Of a stretch of DNA of 20,000 bases, positions 1 to 7,679 are shown in pieces. Each line of letters opens with the position of its first letter. Positions within the stretch are counted from its first letter, which is position 1. The stretch lies in sequence record SRR2962707_526. The stretch is one strand, 5' to 3'. Below the pieces are notes generated by a model that was given only the letters and a program-made list of their open reading frames with translations, was not told the DNA's origin and did no database searches. A program made the position numbers and the translations under genes.

Positions 1-324
1 AGGCAGATCTTTGGGGGCATTTTTCGCCCATGGCTCTTGCGTGCTGAGCGTCAGCAATTGCTCAAGTGTCGACAAAGGGGAATCGCTGTCGGTTAACGTA
101 TAAAGCGGTGTGTCAGCTTGGTCGTCACGCCACTCAATATGGTGGGCACCTTGTTTGGCATAGATTCGCGCCAGTGGGTTTGCCACCAAGATATCAAACT
201 TAGTGTCAGGGAAGGCGTGGTGATTGCTGTCCAATAAAGCGGGATAAGGCAGCGCCCGTAGGGCTTGGTATAGAGAAAGTAAAGAAGCCTGATAGGGCAG
301 TGTTATCCGTTTTATTTCTGGCAT
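1..324 (-). CDS. pabB: Aminodeoxychorismate synthase component I, N-terminal 108 aa (runs off the left edge)
   Basis: Manual translation from ATG at 324 gives MPEIKRITLPYQASLLSLYQALRALPYPALLDSNHHAFPDTKFDILVANPLARI...SPLSTLEQLL...APKDLP with no stop. It resembles the PabB N-terminus pattern (LPWAMLLHS...SRFDIVVAEP...DPLQVLQQ...EDLPF as recalled for E. coli). Not in the ORF track because it is truncated. TrpE-like paralogy is not fully excluded. Confidence 0.85.
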   Translation of the reverse strand, partial: MPEIKRITLPYQASLLSLYQALRALPYPALLDSNHHAFPDTKFDILVANPLARIYAKQGAHHIEWRDDQADTPLYTLTDSDSPLSTLEQLLTLSTQEPWAKNAPKDLP

Positions 325-393
325 AATGGAACCACGATTTCAAAAGTTTACAATTGTAGTCCTTTAATAAGGGCGACCACAGGGTTATTACAA

Positions 394-1260
394 GTGTCTG
401 ACGTACATTTTCTTAGTTTATTTAACAGTCGTATTGCCTATCGCCTTTATGAAAATAAAGACGCCACCACAGATCGCCACTGCTTATTGCTTCATGGCGC
501 AGGTGTGGCGGGCGAAATTACCTACTCGCCGATACTTCCTTATTTCACAAATTGGCGTTGGATGCTGGTGCCTGACATCAAGGGCATGGGGGAATCGTTT
601 CATCTGCATGGCAAAGAAGCCCCTGTCACCATCAGTGAGTTAACTCATGATATAGAAGCCTTGTTGGCGCATCTTAATTGGCAGGATTTTGATGTGGTGG
701 GGTATTCATTAGGCGGCTTAATTGCGTTGAACCTAAACCATCGCCGAGTGATCTCAGGACATTTGCCAGTCAAAATGGCGTTGATGGAGCCCGCCTCCTT
801 GGATCGAGAAGATTTGAATGCGCTGAGTGAAGTGCGCAAAAAGTACCGTCAAGCTTCGAGCATCATTCGTGAAACCGGTGATGTTGAGCAAGGGGTCGCG
901 CACTTTATGGACGGCGTTTCGCCAAATCGGCGTAAGCATCCGGTGGCTGAGGCAACCACGCAATCGCGGTTGGCGCATCGCCCCCATGGTTTTTCTTATG
1001 CCTTAGACGCGGTCACCAATCATGTGGATGTGTTAGCGCAAGCGCCGGAGCACAGAGACGCCATGATTCGCTCTGCGAAAGAGGTGTTTTTGTTTTCTGG
1101 AGAGCTCAGCAGTGAGCAATTAAGAGAGCATTATCAAAAGCTGAGTGAGCAGTTTCCTGGCTGGCAACATAAGGTGATGAGCGCGTGCGATCATTCATTG
1201 CCGTTCCAAAAACCAAGACAAATTGCGAATCATATTAATCGATGGTTTGCTTTGAACTAG
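394..1260 (+). CDS. Alpha/beta fold hydrolase, substrate unknown
   Basis: 288 aa with GTG start. Motifs: LLLHGAG (oxyanion region), PDIKGMGES, nucleophile elbow GYSLGG, C-terminal CDHSLP (catalytic His candidate). Confidence 0.85.
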   Translation: MSDVHFLSLFNSRIAYRLYENKDATTDRHCLLLHGAGVAGEITYSPILPYFTNWRWMLVPDIKGMGESFHLHGKEAPVTISELTHDIEALLAHLNWQDFDVVGYSLGGLIALNLNHRRVISGHLPVKMALMEPASLDREDLNALSEVRKKYRQASSIIRETGDVEQGVAHFMDGVSPNRRKHPVAEATTQSRLAHRPHGFSYALDAVTNHVDVLAQAPEHRDAMIRSAKEVFLFSGELSSEQLREHYQKLSEQFPGWQHKVMSACDHSLPFQKPRQIANHINRWFALN

Positions 1261-1292
1261 ATTTTTCGCCTGAGGTGGACTGTAATAAGAAC

Positions 1293-1402
1293 ACAGGAAG
1301 CAAGACTGAGTAAGCAGCAAAACACTAAGGATGGTGTGATCTTGTTGCCTGCGTAGTCGTGGCTTTCTGAATGTATAAAGGCTAGAAACAAGGAGGTTTC
1401 TA
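1293..1402 (+). promoter_or_regulatory. Putative CsrA/RsmA binding sites in the pilin-operon leader
   Basis: Three GGA motifs: ACAGGAAG (1293-1300); hairpin ACACT-AAGGAT-GGTGT (1322-1337); hairpin TAGAAAC-AAGGAG-GTTTCTA (1383-1402). The last contains ACAAGGAGGT, which fits the (A/U)CANGGANG(U/A) consensus and coincides with the Shine-Dalgarno. Confidence 0.6.
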
Positions 1403-1911
1403 TGCAAAACAAACAAGGCTTTTCACTGCTTGAAGTGATGTGTGTACTCGCTATTTTGAGTTTGCTTGCGGTTATCGGCTCTGGGTTTATTATCCAGAAC
1501 GCGCAAAGAAATGAAGACAAAGCGGTATTACTAGACGATGTTAAAAATCTGAGCAATGCCCTGCAAGAGGCGCGTTTATTGGCCATACAGTCAGGCGATA
1601 GCAGCTATGTCTGTGGTGGTGCAGATTGCAGGGGGAACTGGTCGGACGGCTTTGTCGTGATGCAGACAGAGCAATTTGGTGGCCTGTATCGCCGGGTTGT
1701 CTTTGATCATGAAGTCAATATTGCTTGGCAAGGTTTTCCCGCCAATAAATCTCGCATAACGTTTCTGCCTACGGGCTTATCCAGCTACCAAAATGGCACC
1801 TTTCTTTTCTGTTACCTCGATTGGCACACCCGCTTGGTTATTAATCAAAGCGGTCGTTTTTATGCCTCAGATATTGTGGATGTGAGTGACAGTGATGGGG
1901 CCTGCTTATGA
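1402..1911 (+). CDS. GspH/FimT-family type IV minor pilin/pseudopilin
   Basis: Class III signal KQG|FSLLEVM followed by a hydrophobic helix. Also LQEARLLAI, C..W..G, ITFLPTG...NGTFLFC and LVINQSGR, typical of FimT/FimU/GspH. Strong AGGAGG RBS. Confidence 0.9.
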   Translation: MQNKQGFSLLEVMCVLAILSLLAVIGSGFIIQNAQRNEDKAVLLDDVKNLSNALQEARLLAIQSGDSSYVCGGADCRGNWSDGFVVMQTEQFGGLYRRVVFDHEVNIAWQGFPANKSRITFLPTGLSSYQNGTFLFCYLDWHTRLVINQSGRFYASDIVDVSDSDGACL

Positions 1912-2267
1912 GTCGCGGTTCTCTTTCGTTGCGCTCTTCCAGCGGTGGTTGGATCACTTTGGAGGTCATGTTGGCTTTGGTATTGCTGTCGGTGGTGATG
2001 CTTGTGCTAGAGCGTCAATCTGCAAGGCAATGGCAAACGCTGCAACAAGGAGAGCAAGTCCGTCAGCTGCGTGACAATGCCGCAAAGCAAGCCTTAATGG
2101 TGCAGCTTACGGGTTCTGAGGCTTGGTTAGACTCTGTCTACTCTTCTCGGCAGGGGCGTTATCCGGTCTGTGAGCCGTGCACAGGCGTAGAGTTTTCAAC
2201 CTGGTTTGGCGCCACCCAGCACAGGGTTTCTGCCAAGGTGCAAGCGTTGGTGCCAGCGGATGAATGA
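1908..2267 (+). CDS. Prepilin-like protein, PilV-like position
   Basis: GG|WITLEVMLALVLLSVVML: Gly-1, Glu+5 and a hydrophobic helix. ATGA overlap with the upstream stop. C-terminal CEPC. Confidence 0.7.
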   Translation: MSRGSLSLRSSSGGWITLEVMLALVLLSVVMLVLERQSARQWQTLQQGEQVRQLRDNAAKQALMVQLTGSEAWLDSVYSSRQGRYPVCEPCTGVEFSTWFGATQHRVSAKVQALVPADE

Positions 2268-3171
2268 GCAGCGCAAACCCCTTCCACAATCAAGGTTAGC
2301 TGGCAGTATCTTGCTAGAGTTAATGCTGGTGTGTGCGCTGTTAGCAATCCTTTTGCCTTTGCTCGTGTCTCCTTTTTGGCAACTCCAAAAACGCCATTCT
2401 CTTATCCTGACGTATCTTGACCAAGCCAAATACCAAACGGCATTGGGGGCGCAATTCACCGCCCATTGGGCGCGATTGTTGCCCGCAGGGTGTTACCTTG
2501 ATAGCACACTAAGCCTCACCATAGGGTCAGCTCAAAATGTGCCTGTGCGTTTATCTCAGCGCTCAATGTCGAGTCAATCGGATTGGCTAGAGGGGATGGA
2601 TTACGGCGCGTGCCGAGTGTCATTAGACTCCATTCAAGCGCCTCTTATCACCAGCAATGATTGTGACTTAAACGTCGGTGAGTTAGTGCGTGTTGCAAGT
2701 TGTGAAGCCAGTGTGCAAGCGCAAGTGACGCAGGCGACGGATCTTGCGGTGCGATTTGATTTATTGGGCAACTCAGTGCTTGAGCAAACGGGAATACTCG
2801 AAACCAGAATGCCATTTTATTGGTATGTGGGGGAAGGCAAAAACGGTCAGCAAGCGTTGTGGCGTACGCCGACAGTAAGTGGCAATTCATTAGAGCTTTG
2901 GTCGGGGGTGATGGCTTTATCAGTGTCGCCCTTGCTGGATGAGGATCAGGATGGCTTGGTGGACACCATCGACTCTCGTTATGGGAGCTATTCGTTGAGC
3001 AAGGTACGAGCCTTGTGGGTGGAATACCTCTATGAGTTAGAGCCATGCCAGGCGGCGACACAGATTCCGTTGGCTCAGCAATATCAGACGTTACGCGGTG
3101 AGCGCTGGAAATACCTAGCGCCTTGTCAGGGCGTGGCTAATCAAATCATTGTGCTTAATGGATTTGGCTGA
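2260..3171 (+). CDS. Prepilin-like protein, PilW-like
   Basis: ATG at 2260, overlapping the previous gene by 8 nt, is preferred over the ORF-track start at 2206. It gives MNEQRKPLPQSRLAG|SILLELMLVCALLAILL. Contains FYWYVG...ALWR, DEDQDGLVD and several cysteines, as seen in PilW-type proteins. Confidence 0.7.
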   Translation: MNEQRKPLPQSRLAGSILLELMLVCALLAILLPLLVSPFWQLQKRHSLILTYLDQAKYQTALGAQFTAHWARLLPAGCYLDSTLSLTIGSAQNVPVRLSQRSMSSQSDWLEGMDYGACRVSLDSIQAPLITSNDCDLNVGELVRVASCEASVQAQVTQATDLAVRFDLLGNSVLEQTGILETRMPFYWYVGEGKNGQQALWRTPTVSGNSLELWSGVMALSVSPLLDEDQDGLVDTIDSRYGSYSLSKVRALWVEYLYELEPCQAATQIPLAQQYQTLRGERWKYLAPCQGVANQIIVLNGFG

Positions 3172-3615
3172 ATGGCGATGACAAAACACAGGTCTTTACA
3201 GGGTTGGGTTTCCCTGCCTATTTTGGTGTTATTGATCACAGTCGCTGGGTTGTCATTGGCTTATCAGCAGCGCTTAGAAGCGCATTTTGTGTTTCGTTCG
3301 ACGCTTGATTCGCTCACCAAAAGCACGCAGTTGTGGCAGGCTTTTGAGGGATCACAGGTCGCATCGGTTGATTTTTCATTGGCGACAGAAAGTCTGTGCC
3401 AAGGATTTTGCCCATTAACGTCCAATGCCTACATGGCCAACGCGAATGTCTGGCGTCATGGCGAAGATGCTCTGATGTATCAGTGGCGTTATTACAGCCA
3501 TGATGAAAATCGGCGTTTTTATCGCTTGTGCGCACGCCACCAGCAGCAAAATTATTGCTGGTGGTGGCAAGAACACAGACTCATCAGTCGAGGTTTTGTT
3601 AATACCACCAACTAG
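3172..3615 (+). CDS. Prepilin-like protein, PilX/GspK-like (no Glu+5)
   Basis: Starts immediately after the previous stop. QG|WVSLPILVLLITVAGLSL has a hydrophobic N-terminus lacking Glu+5, as is typical of PilX/GspK-type subunits. Cys motifs CQGFC and LC...YCWWW. Confidence 0.6.
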   Translation: MAMTKHRSLQGWVSLPILVLLITVAGLSLAYQQRLEAHFVFRSTLDSLTKSTQLWQAFEGSQVASVDFSLATESLCQGFCPLTSNAYMANANVWRHGEDALMYQWRYYSHDENRRFYRLCARHQQQNYCWWWQEHRLISRGFVNTTN

Positions 3616-3647
3616 AAGGTCATCAGCAGTAGGCGCTCTTTAATAAC

Positions 3648-3911
3648 TTAAGACGACGTTTTGTGGAACGCTTGCAAATGCTCTTTGCTGCAAAAAGCAT
3701 TGGCATCTTGGTCATGAATCGCATGGGACTTTGGCACATGGGTTTTGCATTGTTCACAGCGAACCATGCTTTCTTGGTTTTCCTGCTTCGTGGTATTAGC
3801 AGGAGAATCAGGCTTATTTGATAGCTTCGCGCGTTGAAAAGCGAGCACTTGGCGGTATAACCACCAGCCAATTGCGAAAATAGCAATAAAAACGATCAAT
3901 CGGACGATCAT
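3648..3911 (-). CDS. PP0621-family small membrane-anchored protein with a Cys/His putative Zn site
   Basis: 87 aa. N-terminal TM helix (MIVRLIVFIAIFAIGWWLYR), then ESMVRCEQCKTHVP...A...FCSKEH, the characteristic family motif. Confidence 0.85.
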   Translation of the reverse strand: MIVRLIVFIAIFAIGWWLYRQVLAFQRAKLSNKPDSPANTTKQENQESMVRCEQCKTHVPKSHAIHDQDANAFCSKEHLQAFHKTSS

Positions 3912-3983
3912 ATACTTTACCTAGGTTGGGTAATTCCAGACAATAAAGGCATATTCTAACAGAGTTAACGAGATAGCAACTGT

Positions 3984-5621
3984 ATGACATTACGAGTAGC
4001 AATGGCCCAGCTGGATATGCTGGTCGGCGACATAGCAAAAAACACACAATCTGTGATCGATTCGGCACACAAAGCCCGCGATAACGAACAAGCGGATGTG
4101 ATTGTTTTCCCTGAGTTAACCTTAACAGGCTATCCACCAGAAGACTTATTGCTGCGTCCCAGTTTAGACCCTCGCATCGAATCTGCTCTGCAACGCATTC
4201 TAGATGAGGTTCATGACATTTATGTTGTCGTGGGTTACCCAAGACGCATTGATGGTGAATTATTTAACTGCGCAGGGGTTATCTATCAAGGCGCCATGTT
4301 GGCGGAATACGCTAAGCAAAAACTGCCCAACTTTTTGGTGTTTGATGATAAGCGTTATTTCAGCGAAGGCCGTGAAGCGGGCATTCTTGATATTAAAGGC
4401 GTGAAAGTCGGATTAAGTATTTGTGAAGATATTTGGCACCCAGAGCCGATTGCTCAAGCAAAGGCGGCTGGCGCAGAATTGATTCTTAATCTGAACGCAT
4501 CGCCTTACCACATTGAAAAAATGGGCGAGCGTGAAGCGTTATTACACCAACGCGCCACTGCAGTCAGCTTGCCGATTGTCTATGTGAATTACATGGGCGC
4601 GCAAGATGAGTTGGTGTATGAGGGTGGCTCTTTTGTGGTGAACGCAAAAGGCGAAAAAGTATCACAAGCCCCTTGGTTTGAATCGGGTTTATATTGTGTC
4701 GACTTCATTGTTGATGAGACCCAACCTAACAAGGTTGAGCCTGTCGCTGGCCCGATTGCGCCCGCGTTAGATGTTGAAGCCAGTGTGTATCAAGCCATGG
4801 TGTTGGGCTTGCGTGATTACATTGAAAAGAACCGTTTTAAAGGCATAGTGTTGGGCTTGAGTGGCGGCATTGATTCTGCGTTGTCATTGGCCGTTGCGGT
4901 GGATGCGATTGGTGCAGACCGTGTTCAAGCGGTCATGATGCCATACACCTACACCTCGTCTATCAGCTTGCATGACGCAGAAGAAGAAGCAAGGCTATTA
5001 GGCGTGAAATACAGTGTATTGCCGATCGAACCTATGGTGTCTGCGTTTAGTGATGTGTTGGCGCCAGAATTTGAAGGGCTTGGAAAAGACACGACGGAAG
5101 AGAATTTACAGGCACGTACGCGCGGTGTGGTGCTCATGGCCATATCGAATAAGAAAGGCTTGATGGTGTTAACCACAGGAAACAAGAGCGAGATGGCGGT
5201 TGGCTATGCGACCTTATATGGTGACATGGTGGGTGGTTATTCTGTTTTGAAAGACGTGTTTAAAACCCTGGTATTTAAGCTGTGTCGTTACCGTAATACT
5301 CTGGGCTATGTTATTCCTGAGCGTGTTATTACTCGTCCGCCGTCTGCGGAATTAGCACCGGATCAAAAGGATGAAGATTCTCTACCAAGCTACGATGTGT
5401 TGGATGAGATCTTGCGCATGTACATCGAACAAGACTTAAGCGCTGAAGCGATCTTGGCGACCAATCAATTTGATCGTGATACTGTGTATCGGGTGCTGCG
5501 ATTGGTGGATGTTAACGAGTATAAACGCCGTCAAGCGCCGACAGGGGTTCGAGTAACAGGGCGTGGCTTTGGTCGCGATCGTCGTTACCCGATTACCAAC
5601 GGTTGGCACATTGGCGAGTAA
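3984..5621 (+). CDS. nadE: Glutamine-dependent NAD+ synthetase
   Basis: 545 aa. Nitrilase-type domain with the E-K-C triad (FPEL, KQKLPN, ICED) fused to a synthetase domain (LGLSGGIDS, ENLQARTRG, TGNKSE, GYATLYGD, PSAEL..DQ.D.DSLP.Y, EYKRRQAP). Confidence 0.97.
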   Translation: MTLRVAMAQLDMLVGDIAKNTQSVIDSAHKARDNEQADVIVFPELTLTGYPPEDLLLRPSLDPRIESALQRILDEVHDIYVVVGYPRRIDGELFNCAGVIYQGAMLAEYAKQKLPNFLVFDDKRYFSEGREAGILDIKGVKVGLSICEDIWHPEPIAQAKAAGAELILNLNASPYHIEKMGEREALLHQRATAVSLPIVYVNYMGAQDELVYEGGSFVVNAKGEKVSQAPWFESGLYCVDFIVDETQPNKVEPVAGPIAPALDVEASVYQAMVLGLRDYIEKNRFKGIVLGLSGGIDSALSLAVAVDAIGADRVQAVMMPYTYTSSISLHDAEEEARLLGVKYSVLPIEPMVSAFSDVLAPEFEGLGKDTTEENLQARTRGVVLMAISNKKGLMVLTTGNKSEMAVGYATLYGDMVGGYSVLKDVFKTLVFKLCRYRNTLGYVIPERVITRPPSAELAPDQKDEDSLPSYDVLDEILRMYIEQDLSAEAILATNQFDRDTVYRVLRLVDVNEYKRRQAPTGVRVTGRGFGRDRRYPITNGWHIGE

Positions 5622-5648
5622 TGTTACGCGATGAGCGTTGTTTCGCAT

Positions 5649-5680
5649 AAAAAATGGCCGCGTATTGCGGCCATTTTTTT
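5649..5680. terminator. Bidirectional rho-independent terminator between convergent nadE and apbE
   Basis: AAAAAATGGCCGC-GTATT-GCGGCCATTTTTTT: perfect stem flanked by A and T tracts. Confidence 0.9.
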
Positions 5681-5729
5681 GCGTTGCATTTTTGAGTAAA
5701 TAAACACGCTATAGCGCTAACTCACTGTG

Positions 5730-6809
5730 CTATTTTTTGTCGCTTTCGAAAGTCACGCGAGGAGAGTCTGCTAACGTTTGGCTGCTGGAGTTGACCAATT
5801 TGCCTGCTTTGTTTTCGATAAAGAACACTTCTAAGTTCTCTTTTTTGGCAATGTTAGCGCCTTCTTTTTGACCAAGACACAACATGGTGGTTGCCCACGC
5901 ATCGCTGACTCTTGGGTCGGTGCCAAAGACAGAAGCCGACACCAAATCGTGGGCGACAGGCTGCCCTGTATTGGGGTTAAGAATGTGTGAGTATTCTTTG
6001 CCATTATCATCAAAATAGTGGTGATACGTGCCTGAAGTGTCTAGAGAAACGCCACTTTCATCATTGATGGTGACTATTTGGTAAGGGGTCGGATTGCCAT
6101 TGTCTGAGACCGGACGCTCAACCGCGACACGCCATTTATCGCCGTTTGGCTTGTGCCCTTTGATTTTCATGTCGCCGCCAAACTCAACCAAATAGTTGTT
6201 CACGCCTTTGGCTTCTAAGACCTGGCTCAGCTTGCTGATGGTATAGCCTTCGCCCATAGAGGAGAAATCGATTTGCAAGGCTGGGATGGTTTTACGAATG
6301 CGTTTGCCGGTGTCGTCGACTTCCAGCTTGTCCATACCAAGATCCGCTTTGGCGGCGGCTAATTCTTGTTGGCTTGGCACATGGAGCGATTCTTTTTTGA
6401 AGCCCCATAAATCAAATAAGGGGCCTATGGTTGGGTCGTAACAACCGCCAGATTTTTGGTTGATGTCTTTGGCGATATGGATCAGCGCGATAAAATCGTC
6501 TGAAGCGGCTTGCCATGCGGTAGAGCTGCTGTGATTGAACTCTGAAATGTAAGAGTCATTACGCCAAGTAGACAGCTCTTTGTCGATTTGCGCTAGCGTA
6601 TTGTTAAAGCTCGTTTTAACGTCGGCCACTGGCACCGACGAATCGGACCAAAAACTGATATGGTAAGTGGTGCCTTGAGCGTACCCTTCGACTTTTTCGA
6701 TCTTAGGTGGTTGACTGCAGCCGCTTAGCATTAACGCCGTAGCCAGTGACAAGGCGCCAACGCGTAACGCTGCGGGAAGAGAAATTCGTGACTTGGTTGC
6801 CGTTAGCAT
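5730..6809 (-). CDS. apbE: FAD:protein FMN transferase (ApbE family) lipoprotein
   Basis: Lipobox MLSG|C. Motifs GTTY, LSTWRNDSYISEFN, YDPTIGPLFDLWGF, YLVEFGGD, TSGTY, YSHILNP.TG.P and DAWAT. Confidence 0.92.
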   Translation of the reverse strand: MLTATKSRISLPAALRVGALSLATALMLSGCSQPPKIEKVEGYAQGTTYHISFWSDSSVPVADVKTSFNNTLAQIDKELSTWRNDSYISEFNHSSSTAWQAASDDFIALIHIAKDINQKSGGCYDPTIGPLFDLWGFKKESLHVPSQQELAAAKADLGMDKLEVDDTGKRIRKTIPALQIDFSSMGEGYTISKLSQVLEAKGVNNYLVEFGGDMKIKGHKPNGDKWRVAVERPVSDNGNPTPYQIVTINDESGVSLDTSGTYHHYFDDNGKEYSHILNPNTGQPVAHDLVSASVFGTDPRVSDAWATTMLCLGQKEGANIAKKENLEVFFIENKAGKLVNSSSQTLADSPRVTFESDKK

Positions 6810-6931
6810 GAAATGAAATGTCCATTCAAAATTAAATCTGCGGGCAGTTTACCAATAGCCTCAAGCTAACTCCACTTTGGCGAGTCTTTTTGTGTTTTTA
6901 TCCCTATCATAATGCACTAATTAAGCCATTA

Positions 6932-7423
6932 TCATGAACGTCCGAGCATGCGAGTTAATATTCTGTCTTTAAGGACGTAATGGTGAAAGAGGGCGGCCGC
7001 GGCGTGTAAAAGCACAATAATCATCATGGCGTTTATAGTAACAACATGGACATACCCTAGTTGATCTAGGTTGAAATACCAGGCGAGGGCGCCCAAAGCA
7101 GGAACAAGCAACATGAGCAAATACAACAGCTTGTGCGAGTAGCGTGATAGCGTGTCTAGCCATGCGTTGCCTGTGCTTATTTTCTCAGGCTGTTTGCTGA
7201 TAACGCGGACAATAATTCGAGCCACAACCAAGGCCAAAATACTAAGGCCTACATAAATATGGAAGTTTTCTACCCAGTTTGTTGGGCTGTTACTGTCCTT
7301 TTGGTGAGCATCAAAATAACTCGGCATATGATCACTAATGAAATAATTAGCGACGATTAAGGTGGCAATAAGCCAGTGCAGTATTATTTGTAATGGGTTG
7401 TAGGATGGTATTGTCTTTGACAT
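6932..7423 (-). CDS. Cytochrome b561 (CybB/YceJ/YodB-like diheme membrane cytochrome b)
   Basis: Four TM helices with heme-ligand His motifs (ILHWL, FHIYVGLSIL..L...R, SHKLLY.L, YVH, LLHAAAALFHHY..KD..L.RM). The start at 7423 (MSKTIPSY) has GAGG upstream and is preferred over 7483. Confidence 0.9.
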   Translation of the reverse strand: MSKTIPSYNPLQIILHWLIATLIVANYFISDHMPSYFDAHQKDSNSPTNWVENFHIYVGLSILALVVARIIVRVISKQPEKISTGNAWLDTLSRYSHKLLYLLMLLVPALGALAWYFNLDQLGYVHVVTINAMMIIVLLHAAAALFHHYVLKDRILTRMLGRS

Positions 7424-7679
7424 GCTGGGCCTCTTCATCGGATCAGTTATGCACTGACGCCAGTCTATTGCCCTTATGAACAAAAAAAAGTGAATAGTCG
7501 CGATGAAAAGAACGCTTTTTTAAACGCATTTATACAGTTTATTACGCCTCAATCCCCTATAATCCGTGTGCAAATTTTATCTCTTCCCACTGCGCTGTTA
7601 GACTGGCGGTGTAGAGTGTACTGGCGTTACTTTGACCCCATTCCACAGTGATTATTAAGAATTTATAAGACAACTATTT

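Noticed and set aside
1195..1586. Antisense ORFs 1195..1416 and 1257..1586
   Set aside because: They lie opposite well-supported genes and a structured leader, and show no recognisable motifs.
2206..2259. Longer ORF-track start for the PilW-like gene
   Set aside because: It would overlap the upstream gene by 62 nt. ATG 2260 gives a normal short prepilin leader and a typical coupling overlap.
3623..4242. Alternative ORFs 3623..3886 and 3814..4242
   Set aside because: They are shadow frames over the PP0621-family gene and nadE, both of which have clear family motifs.
7474..7510. TGAA repeats (ATGAAC-A8-GTGAAT...ATGAAA) upstream of cytochrome b561 as an OmpR-family box or phase-variable tract
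   Set aside because: Spacings are 14 and 13 bp rather than the 10-11 expected, and an A8 run is unremarkable in AT-rich intergenic DNA.
7530..7563. Sigma70 promoter for rluF (TATAAT at 7558-7563)
   Set aside because: The -10 is perfect but there is no convincing -35 at 16-18 bp spacing, so it cannot be supported without TSS data.
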